This document shows, piece by piece, positions 11,992-27,471 of a stretch of 64,000 nucleotides of DNA (position 1 is the stretch's first letter; every line of letters begins with the position of its first letter). This DNA is from Octopus bimaculoides. Lineage: Eukaryota. The position numbers and the translations under genes are program-made. The notes beneath the pieces were generated by a model. That model was not told where the DNA came from, searched no databases, and saw nothing but the letters and a program-made list of their open reading frames with translations. The DNA lies in NCBI RefSeq assembly GCF_001194135.2, contig NC_068998.1:46056748-46120747 (forward strand). The letters are read 5' to 3'.

Positions 11992-13405
11992 CAGTTATTT
12001 GATTGACTGAAATACCTAGACATCACGGTATCAACCAGGCTATCAGGTGTTGTTATACACTGCTGGTCTGGGTTGGTAAAAATTCTACCAGCTCACTGCC
12101 TTGTTGTTCTTGTTCATGATGATGACGATAATGATCTTTTCCACTATAAGCATATGGCTTGAAATTTTGCTGGTGGGGAGGTGTCAGTTGATTACATCGA
12201 TCCCAGTACACAACTGGTACTTATTTTATCAACCCTGAAAGGATGAAAGGCGGTTTGCATTGCTTTTTAGCTTTCAAATGATGCCACCCCGCAGGGCTAG
12301 GCATGCAGGCCAACATACCTCCTGATCAGAAGGCTAGTCTGTTGCAGGGGTGACCCACTTACAGCCGAGTGGACTGGAGCAACGTGAAACGAAGTGTTTT
12401 GCTCAAGAACACAATGTGCTGCTCAGTCTGGGAATCGAACTCATGGTTACTAGATTGTGAGTCCAATACACTAACTGTTAGGCCACACGCTTTCACACCT
12501 GGACTTATACACTTTTAACTTAATTCTCAAACAGAATCTCTCTCTCACACACACACACACACACACGCACACGCATGCACACACAGAGAGTGGTAATGGA
12601 TTTCCATCGTTTGTCATGATGATTCAGTTAGTTAATCTATTGAACTAGCTACTCCTGAATTAGAATATAAGTGGCTGAGTACTCCACAGACAGATGTTTC
12701 CCTTAATATGATTCTGAAGCAGAATCAGCAAGACACAATGTGGTGTATGACAAGCCTATCTTTGAATTGCAGATACAGTTCCACTCAGTAGCCTTCCATA
12801 CATTTTCCATTTCCCCAGTTTGACATACGAGTCATGGGTTATTCTGAGTCTATAGAAAATGACATTTGCCCTCAGTGCCATGCAGTAAGATTGAACCCAG
12901 AACCTCAGGGTTGTGAACTGAATGTCTAAACTATTTGTCATGTGGGACACATGCATGAATCGAAAGTGAATGTATACAGATGTATTAGTTTAAACATGTG
13001 CATGAGTGTAGATGTTCGTGCGTGTGCATGCATGGGTGTGTCGATGTGTGTATATATATGTGCCATAACCTTTGAAGAACAGTAAATGTAACAGGAACCT
13101 CTGAAATTCAATCTGCCACTCCTTCTTTCGACAATAAACTCCATACACACTCACCACTCACTATGCATACACATGTCAGGCATGACTAATTATTGTCTAA
13201 CTATATTTATAACAAATTAGGAACTTTATACATTTCAGATTCTCTTGTATATGTAAGCATGTGTGTGTGTGTGTGTGTGTGTGTATATACATCATCATCA
13301 TCATTTAACGTCTGTTGCCCATGCTGGAAAGCTGGTGGGCTGCACTTTATAGAGCGTGCTGGTTACTTTTAAGTGGCACGGTACAGGCATATATATATAT
13401 ATATA

Positions 13406-13745
13406 GTGGAGGTGTAATGGCCCAGTGGTTAGGGCAGCAGACTCATGGTCGTGGGATCGCAGTTTTGATTTCCAGACCGGGCGTTGTGAGTGTTTATTGA
13501 GCGAAAATACCTAAAGCCTCACGAGGCTCTGGCAGGGGATGGTGGCGAACCTTGCTGTACTCTTCCACCACAACTTTCTATCACTCTTACTTCCTGTTTC
13601 TGTTGTACCTGTGTGTCAAAGAGCCAGTCTTGTCACACTGTGTCACGCTGAATATCGCCGAGAACTACGTTAAGGATACACGTCTGTGGAGTGCTCAGGC
13701 ACTCGCTCGTTAATTTCACGAGCAGGCTGTTCCGTAGATTGGGTC
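13406..13745 (+). mobile_element. tRNA-like SINE family B
   Basis: Head tggcccagtggttaggg...gattccagaccggg; body shared with 15598-15978 and 54350-54705. Confidence 0.8.
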
Positions 13746-13786
13746 ACCTAGAATCCTTGTCGTCGTAATTGATGGAGTACCATGAT

Positions 13787-13890
<104 letters not shown>

Positions 13891-13909
13891 TGTATGTATG
13901 TATGCATAC

Positions 13910-13953
<44 letters not shown>

Positions 13954-14123
13954 GGGTGAGTCAATGTAAGTGGGTATGCAAACACCACACATTTATATCC
14001 ACCAAGGTTGCCCAGATTTGATTCTTTGTATGTGAACTCCAGATGTTTGTCTAACCTATGCATGATGGGAAAACAGATGTAAAAATAATGATGATAATGA
14101 TGTTTTGGTTTAATTATTTCTTA

Positions 14124-14306
14124 CAGTAATCACTCGCCATATTGCGGTTTATTATTTAAGCTTTTGTTGATTCCTCCATAATAGTGTTTTACATTTATAA
14201 TAAAATAAATATATACAAATTATAAAAATATTCGCGGATTTTCACTTATCATGCAGGTGAGGCGACAAGGTGGAACATAACACCTGCGATAGTCAAGAGA
14301 TTACTG
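14124..14306. mobile_element. Tigger/pogo-type MITE, same family as 25717-25937
   Basis: CAGTAATC...GATTACTG termini, TA flanks, shared internal sequence (atttataataaaataaatatatacaaatt). Confidence 0.75.
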
Positions 14307-15597
14307 TATTCTGAAGTTGATGGTACAAACTAAGCCCCTCCCCTCAAATCTGCTAGCCTTGTGTCTAAATCAGAAACAATTAAGAACAGTGGACTGGCTG
14401 AATCATTAGTGCACAGGACAAAATGCTTTGCAGGATCTGTTCCAGTTTTTTACATTCTGAGTTCAAATTCTGCCACAGGATTGTGTTAACCTCCAGTGCC
14501 CAGTTTGGCACTGCTGGATACCTGTCCCAATGCCAACCACTTTACAGAGTGTGCTGGAAGCATTTTTTAAAGGAAATTCTCAGTAAAATTCCCCAAGCAG
14601 CTCACAAGATATGCTTGAGGCAGGCATAATTTTGAGAGAGATGACCAGGTGCCAGGTGTTGAAGGGCTAAAATATGATAGGGGGACACAAACAGGTGTCT
14701 TGTTGAAGAGGAGATACATGGCAACCCCAACAGGAAAGGAAGGAAGAATGGTGGAGATGAGATGTCAGGGCATACCCTAAAGGTACAAGAATGTAATTTA
14801 AAAGGGTAGATAAAAAAAGGAACATCACCAAAACTGGGATCTGGAACACTAATTAACATGAAGCTATTATGCAAGGTTTTAACTTAGTTCACTTTAAAAT
14901 AGGAAGTTTGTATTGTAGATCCAAGAGCAGTTGGGTATCAAAAGGATTGATAGTCATCCATTATGATGCTATTTGTTGGTGTTACATAACTGATACTCAC
15001 TTTGTGTATTATTTAGGAACACTGCAAAACAAATCTACTGCATCTTTTCTTAATACTTTCCAGCATACGTGATCATGGTGAGAGCAGGACAGCTCACTGC
15101 TAACATCTCTAATTTTCTTTTAAAGTCCTTGTGCTAGCATCAAACCATGGTCATTCAATAACCTGTGGGTATTAGACTGATCAGGTTATTTTACAGGGTG
15201 GACCATGGATACTGTGGAAGACAGAATGCTAAACTAGCACCCCCAAAATCTCCTTCAAATCATGTGGTTTAGGATGTACACAACCGAGGAAAATTAAAAA
15301 AAAAAGAAAAAGAAATGGATGTGATGGTCATGGTTGGAATGTTTTTGATCATCGATCAGCACAGACTAGGAACTAACCAATTAGCATTCAAATTATTTGG
15401 TCAAATGTAATATTTAATTTATTCACCTTCTTTTGAATTGATCATGCGCAATCTTGCAGCTTTGAGATTTTGATGATGTGATTGTTTATTTTTAGAATGA
15501 CATATCGTAGGGAAAGATGTCAGAGGGGCCAAATCTGACCAGTTTGAATATAAAACAAAATAAAACATTTTGACCAGATATGGCTGGTTTAAGTCGT

Positions 15598-15978
15598 TGG
15601 CACTCCGTCGGTTACGACGTCGAGGGTTCCAGTTGATCCGATCAACGGAACAGCCTGCTCATGAAATTAACGTGCATGTGGCTGAGCACTCCACAGACAC
15701 GTGTACCCTTAACGTAGTTCTCGGGGATATTCAGTGTGACACAGAGTGTGACAAGGCTGACCCTTTGAAATACAGGCACAACAGAAACAGGAAGAAAGAG
15801 TGAGAGAAAGTCGTGGTGGAAGAGTACAGCACGGTTCGCCACCATCCCCTACCAGAGCCTCGTGGAGCTTTAGGTGTTTTCGCTCAATAAACGCTCACAA
15901 CGCCCGGTCTGGGAATTGAAACCGCGATCCTATGACCGCGAGTTCGCTGCCCTAACCACTGGACCATTGCGCCTCCAC
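15598..15978 (-). mobile_element. SINE family B, full length
   Basis: Reverse complement of the 13406 and 54350 copies. A partial copy lies at ~19560-19720. Confidence 0.82.
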
Positions 15979-17074
15979 TGCTGGTTTAAGTACTAAAGGG
16001 TTAAACAACAACACCTAGGTCGTTGCCACCCTCATCACCATCTTCCCACCCTCATCATCATTTACTACCTACGCTACTACTTCACTGTTGTCTACACCCT
16101 ACCACCACCTATGCTCTACACCATCTCGCCCTCCAATCAATTCTGCACTTGTTGTTCCCCCACAGTGATCCCTACATTCCAAGATATCATACTTCCCATT
16201 CACTTCTCTCTCACTTCCCTTTCGTTTCTCCCACAGAATGACATTTTGCAATTAAAGAGAAGCATCCAACAAAAAAAATAAAAATTAAATTAATTAAATA
16301 AATGAATAAAATTAAGAAACATTCGATGGGCGCTGCCCCTTCTTTGTTAGAGTAATGAGTGAAAAATAATTTAAAACAAAAACCTAAATATATTTTTTTA
16401 ATATCTCAAAATTCTGTGATAACATCAACGGGGAGAGGTGTGTGATAAATGGCAGATATTTTTTGATAAGGTATTTGATAACACATACCAACAGCTTGCT
16501 TCTGTAGGTAAATAAATATTTAAATAGGGACGAGGTGCTTGCAATAACAACAACAACAACAATAATAATAATAGTGGTGTTGATAATGATGATGATGATG
16601 ATTTATTTGCCACAGGGGTGACAGATAAAAAGCATATTACAAAGATAGATTACAGTTTGTGTTTTTGGGGTTACATAAAATCAGGTGAGGAGATAACACA
16701 GGGGAGAAATGAGGTGACAGATATATTTAGTGTTGTAGATATATGAATACATTTTTTTCTTCTATAGGCACAAGACCTGATATTCGCAGGGAAGGGGTTA
16801 GTCAATTACATCAACCCCAGTATTCAACTGATACTTATTTTATTGACCCCGAAAGGATGGATGGCGAAGTTGGCCTCGGTGGAATTTAAACTCAGTACAT
16901 ACAGACAGACGAACTGCCACTAAGCATTTAAAATTTTTTAATTTTTTTAATTCAGGTCATTAGGACACTGAAAAAAATTCTTAGCGGCATGTCGTCTGTC
17001 TCTACATTCTGAGTTCAAATCCCACAAAAGTCAATCTTGCCTTTCATCCTTTCAGGGTCTGTAAAAGAGTTAAT

Positions 17075-17290
17075 ACATACAGAAGGGATGAGAGAGCGCA
17101 CCCTTGATGGACTGAGTGCAAGATTCTGAATGGTTCTGACAGGTGACCATTCACCTGAACAACCAAGCAGATGTCGCTGTACAAAGCAGCGATCCAATCA
17201 TGGAAAACCGGACCAAAACTGGCTATCAAAGGCTTTAGACTAATCTAAATTGATCAGAGTCCCACCCATGCCAGCTTCATTACTCACCCT
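17075..17290 (-). mobile_element. L1/Tx1-type reverse transcriptase fragment
   Basis: LINLD*SKAFD...FGPVFHDWIAALYSDI...VNGHLSEPFRILHSVHQGCALSSLLY. Confidence 0.8.
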
Positions 17291-20268
17291 CTCTATAATG
17301 TAGCACATGAGGTGGAGGTTGTTGCGAATAGTCCTGGTTGGGATGGCACATGCTTGCACAATAATGATAATAATAATGATAATAATAATGATAATAATAA
17401 TGATAATAATAATGATAATAATAATGATAATAATAATGATGATAATAATGATGATAATAATGATGATAATAATGATGATAATAATGATGATAATAATAAT
17501 TTCAAATTTTGGCTCTAAGCTTGCAATTTCGAAGAAGAAGGCTAAGTTGATTACATTGACCCCAGTGCATAACTGGTACTTATTTTAACAACTCTGAAAG
17601 GATGGACAAAGCTTGTCTCAACTAGAATTGGGGCTCTGAACACAAAGGGCTGGAAGTAATGCCACAAAGCATTCCTGTCAAACATGTTACTGATTCTGCT
17701 AGCTCACTGTAATAAAGGGCTTAGTGGAGGTGCTAAACCAGAATGAAGGATTAAGTTTACCATTCAAAAGTAGAAATGGTCCCTCTTTATGGGCTCTCAA
17801 TCAAGTTTTGTTCAACCAAATTTCATTTGCAAGACTTTGGTAGAAGACACTTGTACAAAGTGTCACTGAGTGGAATTGAACTTGAAATCCCTGAATTGCC
17901 AGAAAAATTTCTTAATCACATAGCTATGACTGAATGGTTAAGTAAATCACTGCAAGATTTGAAGTCAGAATGTAAAAGGGACATATCTAAATACCACAAG
18001 GTATCTTGTTTTTTATTTGATGCTCTACCAATTCTTTTAAAGGGAGTCTCATGGCTAGGATACCTCCGATAAGAGATCTGCTCAGTTAAGGTTGACCAAG
18101 GGCTAATCAACAATAGCAGCTATGTCTGAGCTAATAATATAGATTCCCCACATTGGGATACAGCCAGAAATTTGCCCATTAACATTGATCTCAAACGTAG
18201 TTCATCGACCTTAGAAGACATGAAAGACAAAACATTGAGCAACAAAACTATGTAGAGTAAAGCCGCAGTCATTCTGTAAACAGTCGAATAAACGGAAACT
18301 GGTGATGGACCGTGTTGGCAATTAGTGAGGACAGACAGTGCAAATGTGAAATAAATTGGTGAGCAGTGCAGAAGCTGAAAAGTGAAATGTTTTGTGTAGA
18401 AAGAACCCTTTGATATAGAAGAGCTAAGAATCAGCCAATATATTTTGTCTGTCTTTATATTCTGAATTCAGTTTCGGCTGAGGTCATCTTTACCTTTCGT
18501 CTTTTCAAGGTTGATAAAAATACGTACCAGTTGAGCACTGGGGTCGATGTAATCAACTTACCCACTCCCCTAAACTTACTGGCCTTGTGCCAGAAAGTTT
18601 AGGGAAGTGGGTATGTCAATACCCAGAAACTGGGGTCCGTGTGTATCACATCAGATTGAAGATGGGAAGGATGACTTCCCTTTGCAAATACCGACAGGGC
18701 ACAGAAAGTGTGTCAATAGCCAGCTAGAGGAGGTGTCCTCCTGGGGCTACAAACTACAGTAGCATCCACCCTTGGCAAATCAGTCAATATCATCAATTAG
18801 TCCCAATATATTTGGGGTTGATATCACAGTTTAATATAGTTTTTTTATTAGCTTTAATACTGAGTCATCGCGATAGACATACACAGACATATCGATAGCA
18901 TGTCCAAAGAATCAATATGATTTCTAGACAAACAAACACACAGACATATCTAGCAATACTCTCTCTCTCTCCTCTAACTTGGACCAGATGCAACCATAAC
19001 GCTATCCTAACAGCAACAGCAACACTATCCTAACAGCATTGCTAACAACACCATCCCAAGTACAACATCATTACATCACCCAAACAATACCATGTTTATC
19101 AGGACAGACAAACATAAAACACACATGTAAACCAATTATGCCCGCTAATATATAATCCAAGTAATGAATTATTAAAGTTTATTTCTCCTAATAACTATAA
19201 TAATATTATGTATACACTCCAATACAAGTTACTAATTAACTATTAAAGGAATACATAATACAATTTATTAACTCTATTCTATAATGACACTATGTACACA
19301 CTGTCATATAATTAATTAATTAACCATTAAAGGAACTAGTCATTAGCAATTATATCTTCCTGGTCAATGTAACTGAATAATTCCAGTATACAATAGCATC
19401 TCTGTCAAAAATGGTTCCTACCTCTAAATTAAGATTCATAGTATTATGATATACAGCATGAATTTTTTTTACATTCATGTAACACTACAATATAATACAC
19501 ACCATCATCAACACTCACATGTGTATTTATACCACAATGGTATATAACAACTACACTGACACTCTGTCGGTTATGACGATGAGAGTTCCAGTTGATCCGA
19601 TCAGCGATTCAGCCAGCTCATGAAATTAACGTACAAGTGGCTGAGCACTCCACAGACGCGTATATGCCTGGATGTAGTTCCCAGGGAGAGTCAGTGTGAC
19701 ATAGAATGTGACAAGGCCGACCCTTTGAGATTTTTGCCAGCTGAGTGAAGTGGAGCAATGTGAAATAAAGTGTCTTGCTCAAGAACACAACTTGTCACCG
19801 GGAATTGAAAACACAACCTTACGGTCATGAGCCGAGTGCCTTAACCACTAAGCCACAAACATCCACAACATGACCTTACAATTGTAGGCCAAATGCCTTG
19901 ACCACTAAGCCATGGGCCTTCATGAATATTGGTATATATAGAACATGTATATAATACTGTTTATGGCTATGTTATATTACACCATTTTGCAAATCTCACA
20001 TATATACTCATATGTACAGATTGCAAACCTGCACATATGCACACACCACACACTCAATATCTATATTACAAACACACATGCAAATACACACACAGAGACA
20101 CACAGACATGCATGCATGCACACAAAAATACACACACACAGTACATATCTATACCACACATTCATACGTACATAAACACACAAACCCATTCACAAACACA
20201 CACTCCCACCACACTACATATATATACTACACACACACACAGATACACACACAAAAGGATGCATACAC

Positions 20269-20301
<33 letters not shown>

Positions 20302-20389
20302 TACACAATCACACACAAACTACCTGACACAGCATTGCTCTGTTGACCATAAGTTTACCTTGCCAAATTATTAAAACATTTTTTGGCAC

Positions 20390-21073
20390 GAGCTTACTAC
20401 TACTACTACTACTACAGACACCACTACCACCACCACTGCTGCTGTTGCTGCTGCAGCTAGGAAATCCATCATCACAACTACAACCTTCATTGCAACCAGA
20501 AATACCACTACTACCATGACCACCACTACATTAACCATCACAATCACAGTCACCATTGCAACAACCACCTCAACCACTGCTAACACCACCACCACATATC
20601 CATTGCAACAATAGCCACAACACTCAGCCACCACAACCACCACCACCACAGCAACAACAATGACCTACCACAACCAATGCCATAACAACAAACTGAACTA
20701 CAACCATCACCACAACTCAACTTTTACAGCTACTACTGCTGCTGCCACCACCACAAACAACGCCATAACAACAACAACCACAACCACCATCACCACAACA
20801 ACAACCACTACTATAATTATTACCACTACCACCACAACCTATGCCTTAACAACCACCACCACCACCACTGCAACAATTACTACTACTACCACCACCATCA
20901 CCACCATTATCAACTCCACCACCACCACCACCACTGCAACAATTACTACTACTACTACCACCACCACCACCATCACCACCATTACCAACGCCACCACCAT
21001 CACTACTACTAAAACCACTACCACTGCCACCACAACCAATACCATAACAATCACAACCACTACAATAACAATG

Positions 21074-21120
<47 letters not shown>

Positions 21121-21170
21121 TACTACTAATGCAATTACTACTACTACTACTACTACCACCATCACAACAT
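20390..21170. repeat. ~780-bp compound trinucleotide array (ACC/ACT/ACA)n
   Basis: Seen directly; source of the poly-Thr and poly-Val pseudo-ORFs. Confidence 0.9.
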
Positions 21171-21450
21171 GGTGTAAACTAGGTAGTTGATGATGAGTAT
21201 TACTGTTGATTGGCTAGTGTCCTATCCAGGTGATTGATGTACAGTTGCCACTATTTCACCACATCATTCACTTACGCTCCCCTCCTCTCACCCATCACTC
21301 ACATCTCTAACATCTTTCTTCTCGGTGTGGAAGAGGGGGCGGTTAGGTATTTTAAAGATGGAGGGACAATGCCCACATACTGCATACCTGCATGTATTTG
21401 TATGTTATGTATGCAATGTATGTGCAAATTGAACATATGCATGTCAATGA

Positions 21451-21513
<63 letters not shown>

Positions 21514-21967
21514 AGTGCAAGCATGACTGTACAGTAAGAAGCTTACTTCCCGACCACATGGTACTGGGTTCAGTCTCATAACATGACACATTGGACCAGT
21601 ATGTTCTATAGCCCTGGGCCAACCAAAGCCTTGTGAGTGGATTTGGTTGATAGAAATTGAAAGAAGCTCTTCATATACATATGTATGTATATATATCTAT
21701 GGTGTGTCTTTATGTCTGTTTTGTCCCTCTCCACCACCTGACAGCTGGTGTTGGTGTGTTTACATCCCTGTAACTTAGAGGTTTGGCAAAGAGTTCGATA
21801 GAATAAGTACCAAGCTTTAAAATAACTACTGGTGGAGGGGGGTGATTCATTTGACAAATTCTTCAAAGTAGTGTCCCAGCATGGCCACAGTCTAATGAAT
21901 GAAGCAAGCAAAAGATAAAAGACATATGTATACACTATGTGTGCATACAGCATATGTGTGTGTGTGT

Positions 21968-22012
<45 letters not shown>

Positions 22013-22630
22013 GTATGTCTATAATGTGTGTGTGTGTTTGTATGAGGAGGGAGTACCTAGCCACACTTCAGTTGCCAAAGAACATCTTAAGTCATCTAAA
22101 CGAAGCATTATTCATTTGGAGCATGTAATTAATGATGAATAATTAATAATTAGGTCTGTGGCATAATGAAGTCTCTTTGCTATTCAAATGGCGAAGAAAT
22201 GAAACTGAAATATAAATTTCAGATACATTATACAAAGAAGATGTGTGTGTATGTGTATGTGTGTGTGTGTGTTGCAGCATATGTTGCAAGGTGTATGTAA
22301 CGTGTGTAAATAGTGTTTGTGTATATAGTATGTTTTCTTAGTTGATTTAATGGTGTGTGTGTGTGTGTGGGGAGGGACACAGTATTTTAAAACTTTTTGG
22401 TACAGCCCCCCCCCCAACACCACCACTAACACCACATAGGTGAAGGGGTGAAGAGTAGTTAGTGCACTATGGCGGTCATGGTGGGGTAGATAGTGACTGG
22501 TGTGGGATGACTGGTAATGTGACTAATATATTTATAGCAAGAGTCTTTAATCTCACTGTTGGGGGATTATATTAATCTTTTCTGGCTAGATGATGATAAT
22601 AATAGTAATTATAATAATAATAATAATAAT

Positions 22631-22844
22631 CCTTTCTACAATAGGCACAAGGCCTGGAATTTGGGGGAGGTGTATGTCGATTACATTGACCCAGTATTCA
22701 ACTGGTACTTAATTTATCAACCCTGAAAGGATGAAAGGCAAAGTCAACCCTAGCAGAATTTGAACTTAGAGCATGAAGACAGACAAAAAGCTGCTAAGCA
22801 TTTTGCCCAATGTGCTAAGATCCTACCAGCTGCCTTAATTATAA

Positions 22845-22884
<40 letters not shown>

Positions 22885-23010
22885 CCTTTCTACTACAGGC
22901 TCAAGGTGTGGATTTTTATGGCGAGGGAAACAATTGATCACATTGACCCCAGTACTTGACTGGTACTTAATTTATCAACCCTGAAAGGATTCTGCTCACT
23001 CACCACTTTA

Positions 23011-23042
<32 letters not shown>

Positions 23043-23210
23043 TCTTTCTACTAAAGGCACAATTTTGTGGGAAAGGACTAGTTGATAACATTGACCCCCA
23101 GTGTTTCACAGGTACTTAAATTAGCAACCCCGATAGGATGAAAAGCAAAGTCGACCTCGGTGGAATTTGAACCCAGAGTGTAGCGACGGGTGAAATACTG
23201 CTATGCATTT
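22631..23210 (-). mobile_element. Cluster of three SINE family C copies in (AAT)n
   Basis: Same core motifs and orientation. Confidence 0.8.
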
Positions 23211-24020
23211 TGATATGTATTGACTGGTAAATTAGAGGTGATATAAAATGTAAACCACAGAGAGGTGGTGGTTAAATATTTCTGAGAAAGTTAGAGGTAA
23301 AGACAGAATAACAATACTTGTAACGACGTGGTCAAAGGACATGATTGGACACAAACAATGAGAAATTGGCAATGTGACCAGACATTGTTATTAATGATTC
23401 AGTATAATGTGTAATATGATCAACAGGACAAGTCCTATTGACATTTATTTTTCTCGATTTTAATTAAAGAGCTGCAAATATAGCAAATAGCAATTGTCAT
23501 AAACACAGGATCAGAAATCCTGAATAGAGGTGATGCATAATTGCTATAACCACAGGATCACATGTATATACATACCAGGGGAATATAATTGCAAAAGCCA
23601 CGAAGCCATATATTTATTGGAGTAAGAAATATAATATCACCAGTTGATATATATATGTGTGTGTGTGTGTGTGTGAAATTCTGTCAGTGGATATGTTTGT
23701 GGAGTTGTTAGCTAACTCCTGCTACATTGTTTTATCGATTTTGATGAAACTTGAACTCATGCCTGGAAACCTCATGGCATACTCAGATTGTTGAAAAAAG
23801 ATCGATAATAGAGCCCCTGGTAGGGATCCTTCTATATAGCCAAGGGAAATAACCCATTCATTTTCCTAAATTATTTGGTAAAAATGAAATTGAGCAAGCT
23901 TATTTCTTAGTATTTGAACTGTTAGAGTTATTTTCGCAATTTATCCAGTACAACCCTTAAACAAGTGAATAATATTTTCCTAAACAATAGATCCACTCAT
24001 TTTGGTTAGTGACTTATTCA

Positions 24021-24417
24021 GGAGTGGCTGTGTGGTAAGTAACTTGCTTACCAACCACATGGTTCCAGGTTCAATCCCACTGCGTGGCATCTTGGGCAAA
24101 TGTCTTCTACTATAGCCTCGGGCCAACCAAAGCCTTGTGAGTGGATTTGGTAGACGGAAACTGAAAGAAGCCTGTCGTATATATGTGTGTGTGTGTGTGT
24201 GTATGTTTGTGTGTCTGTATTTGTCCCCCCAACATCGCTTGACAACCGATGCTGGTGTGTTTACGTCTCTGTAACTTAGCAGTTCGGCAAAATAGACCGA
24301 TAGAATAAGTACTAGGCTTACAAAGAATAAGTCCTGGGGTCGATTAGTTCGACTAAAGGCGGTGCTCCAGCATGGCCGCAGTCAAATGACTGAAACAAGT
24401 AAAAGAGTAAAAGAATA
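24021..24417 (+). mobile_element. tRNA-like SINE family A, full length with internal (TG/TA)n
   Basis: Head ggagtggctgtgtggtaag...ggttcaatccc (A/B-box-like), internal microsatellite, tail aacaagtaaaagagtaaaag. Confidence 0.85.
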
Positions 24418-25041
24418 TACCAACACTAGCACCCCTAAGGGTAATATTCTCTGGGAACGCACCAAAGCACTTTTCAGAGTTATTTACTTTAAATTGTTAT
24501 CTCATATCTAATTAACCTGTTATTACATAACATGCTTCACAATTTTAGTATACATACCTTATTAGTATTTCCTCCTATGTTCTATATACTTTGGGAACGC
24601 ATTAAAGCCCTTTTCGGGGTTATTTTATTTGCGTTCTTATTATTGGGTAACTAATTTCATGTTATTACATAACTGACTTCACAATTTGGGTATTCATAAC
24701 TTATTGCGAATTCCTAAAAACAAGATCCTGTGTAAGACAGTTCGGTATTCTCTGTAAACGCACAAAAACCGTTTTAAGGGCTACATACTTTGTATTGTTG
24801 TTAATAGATAATAAGTATATAATTAGTAACAGGTACAAGGCCAAATATAAGGGTGAAAGTATGTAACCAATGCCATTAAGCAAAGACTTATTTCCCTGTT
24901 TATTTTATGTCACAGTTGGTAAACAACGTGGCTATTGGTCAAAGGTTTCCAAGAGACAACCAATCACTGGCTTATAAAACTAACCAGAGTGAAGTAAGGA
25001 ACACTTCCTCGCATAACTTTCCTCCTTATTGCTCAATCCAT

Positions 25042-25111
<70 letters not shown>

Positions 25112-25457
25112 AAACACATGCACAGGCTTCCATCATATTACAGAAGCAGTCAGTGTCCATGAAAATCTTGCTGTATCATGGGATTTCGTGATAGGAAATG
25201 TATTCTTCATACACTTCCATGTGACATGAAAGTCAACAGGGAAATAAATTTTGGCATCACACATTCACAAAGTTACATGTTATGAGCAAGATCTATTAGA
25301 AATGCGACACTTTTAGAGTATAGGCTACATCAGGATAACATATAAATGGAAATAAACACGCGCACACACACACACATGCATGCAACTAAATATATATATA
25401 TTTACACACATTAATACACACACATATATGTAAATATATATATGGACATACATGTGC

Positions 25458-25492
<35 letters not shown>

Positions 25493-25716
25493 CATGCATG
25501 TACATGTAAATATTTACATCTACACGTGTCCATGAAATATTTATATATACACACACGGATATATACACATTCATAAGCTAATAAATACGCACGCATATAT
25601 ATATAGATATGCCACATATATGTAAATGTATACACATGTATATGTACAAATGTGTATGTACATATATACGTGTGTATACATTCATATATGTGGACATGTC
25701 TATATATATGTGTATA

Positions 25717-25937
25717 CAGTAATCCCTCACGCTTCACCTATCATGGTTGTTTATTATTTAAGCTTACATCGATTGCTCTGTGGTGTTGTTTTGAATTTAT
25801 AATAAAATAAATATATACAAATTATGAAAATAATAAAAAAAAATATACAGTACAGTACTGTTTCTATTTTGTGGATTTTCACTTATCATGGGGTGGTGGT
25901 TTGGAACGTAACAAGCATGATAGTTGAGGGATTACTG
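25717..25937. mobile_element. Tigger/pogo-type MITE
   Basis: TIR CAGTAATCCCTC...GAGGGATTACTG with TA on both sides. Confidence 0.8.
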
Positions 25938-27429
25938 TACACCTAAATACATACACACACATATATGTACATGTAAATATATATATATATATATATATAT
26001 ATACATGCATGTTTGAACCTAAAGCATAAAAGGCCATAACAAAATACTGAATTCAAATTTTGGCACAAGGCCAGCAATTACAGGGGTGCGAGTAAGCCAA
26101 TTACACTGACCTGTGTTCAACTGGTCCTTATTTTATCGACCATGAAAGGATGAAAGGCAAAGTCGACCTTGGCAGAATTTGAACTCAGAATGTAGAGGCA
26201 GATGAAATACAGCTAAGCATTTCACGCAGCATGTTAATGATTCTGCTTGTAATAGATTATTATACAGCATAGATTTGGACAGGCCATGGTGGAAAAGTTA
26301 TCAGCTACTCTTTTACTTGTTTCAGTCATTTGACTGCGGCCATGCTGGAGCACCGCCTTTTTAGTCGAGCAAATCGATCCCAGGACTTATTCTTTGTGAG
26401 CCTAGTACTTATTCCCAGCTAAGTTACGGGGACGTAAACACGCCACCATCGGTTGTCAAGCGATGGTGGGGGGACAAACACAGACACACAAACACATATA
26501 TATATACATATACATATATACGATGGGCTTCTTTCAGTTTCCGTCTACCAAAATCCACTCACAAGGCTTTGGTCGGCCCGAGGCTATAGTAGAAGGCACC
26601 TGCCCAAAGTGCCACGCAGTGGGACTGAACCCGAAACTACGTGGTCTGTAAGCAAGCTACTTACCACACAGCCACTCCTACGCCTTCTGTCTTAGAGCCA
26701 TAACAAAATATTGCAAGACATTTCTTTCTGAGAACTTGAACAATTCTGTCAATCTACTACCTCAATGACAACAACAACAACAACAACATCCACACCAACA
26801 CCAACAACAACAATGGAGGGACGAAAACAATTGAACTTACAACATTTTTGGTTGAAATGAATAAGTCGTCAAAACTGAAGTAGCCACTGGCCATGGTTTC
26901 GAAGAATGTACCAACCCCAAAATCCTGTTTAGTGAAAACCTGAAGCGAGTTTAGATCACACCAACAACGACCATAGCAAAGGTTCAGTGGAGGGCAACTT
27001 AGAACATATTGCACTGAACACAGCAGGGGTTTTAGTGTGCACATATGGAAGTGGGGGTGAATCATATAGCACCAATCATAGCAGGGTTTAGGGTTAGTAG
27101 TCATGGTGGTGGTGGTGCGGGGGGTAGTTCAAATTGTACCAATCACAGCAAGGTTCAAATAATTTATGGAGAGATGTGTTTGTGTGTGTGGGTATGACAG
27201 ATTTAATCCCAAATCTGTTTAGAAGATAATCCAGGGATCTAAATCCATCTCTTCTGGATAAACTCCTTATTATTGGTTTAATCATTAACTGATAGAATTT
27301 ATAAACTAACCAAAAATAAAGGGATTTGTCTTAACTTTGTTTGTTGTGTATCTTGCTGTCTTTATTGTTTGCTTGTTTTTTTAATAAATCTATATTTGTT
27401 AGAGTTCAGGGATTAGAAATTTATGTGTG

Positions 27430-27471
<42 letters not shown>

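Noticed and set aside
24021-24100. tRNA genes at SINE heads (also 13411 and 15900-15975)
   Set aside because: Only A/B-box-like remnants fused to SINE bodies; no complete cloverleaf is recognisable.
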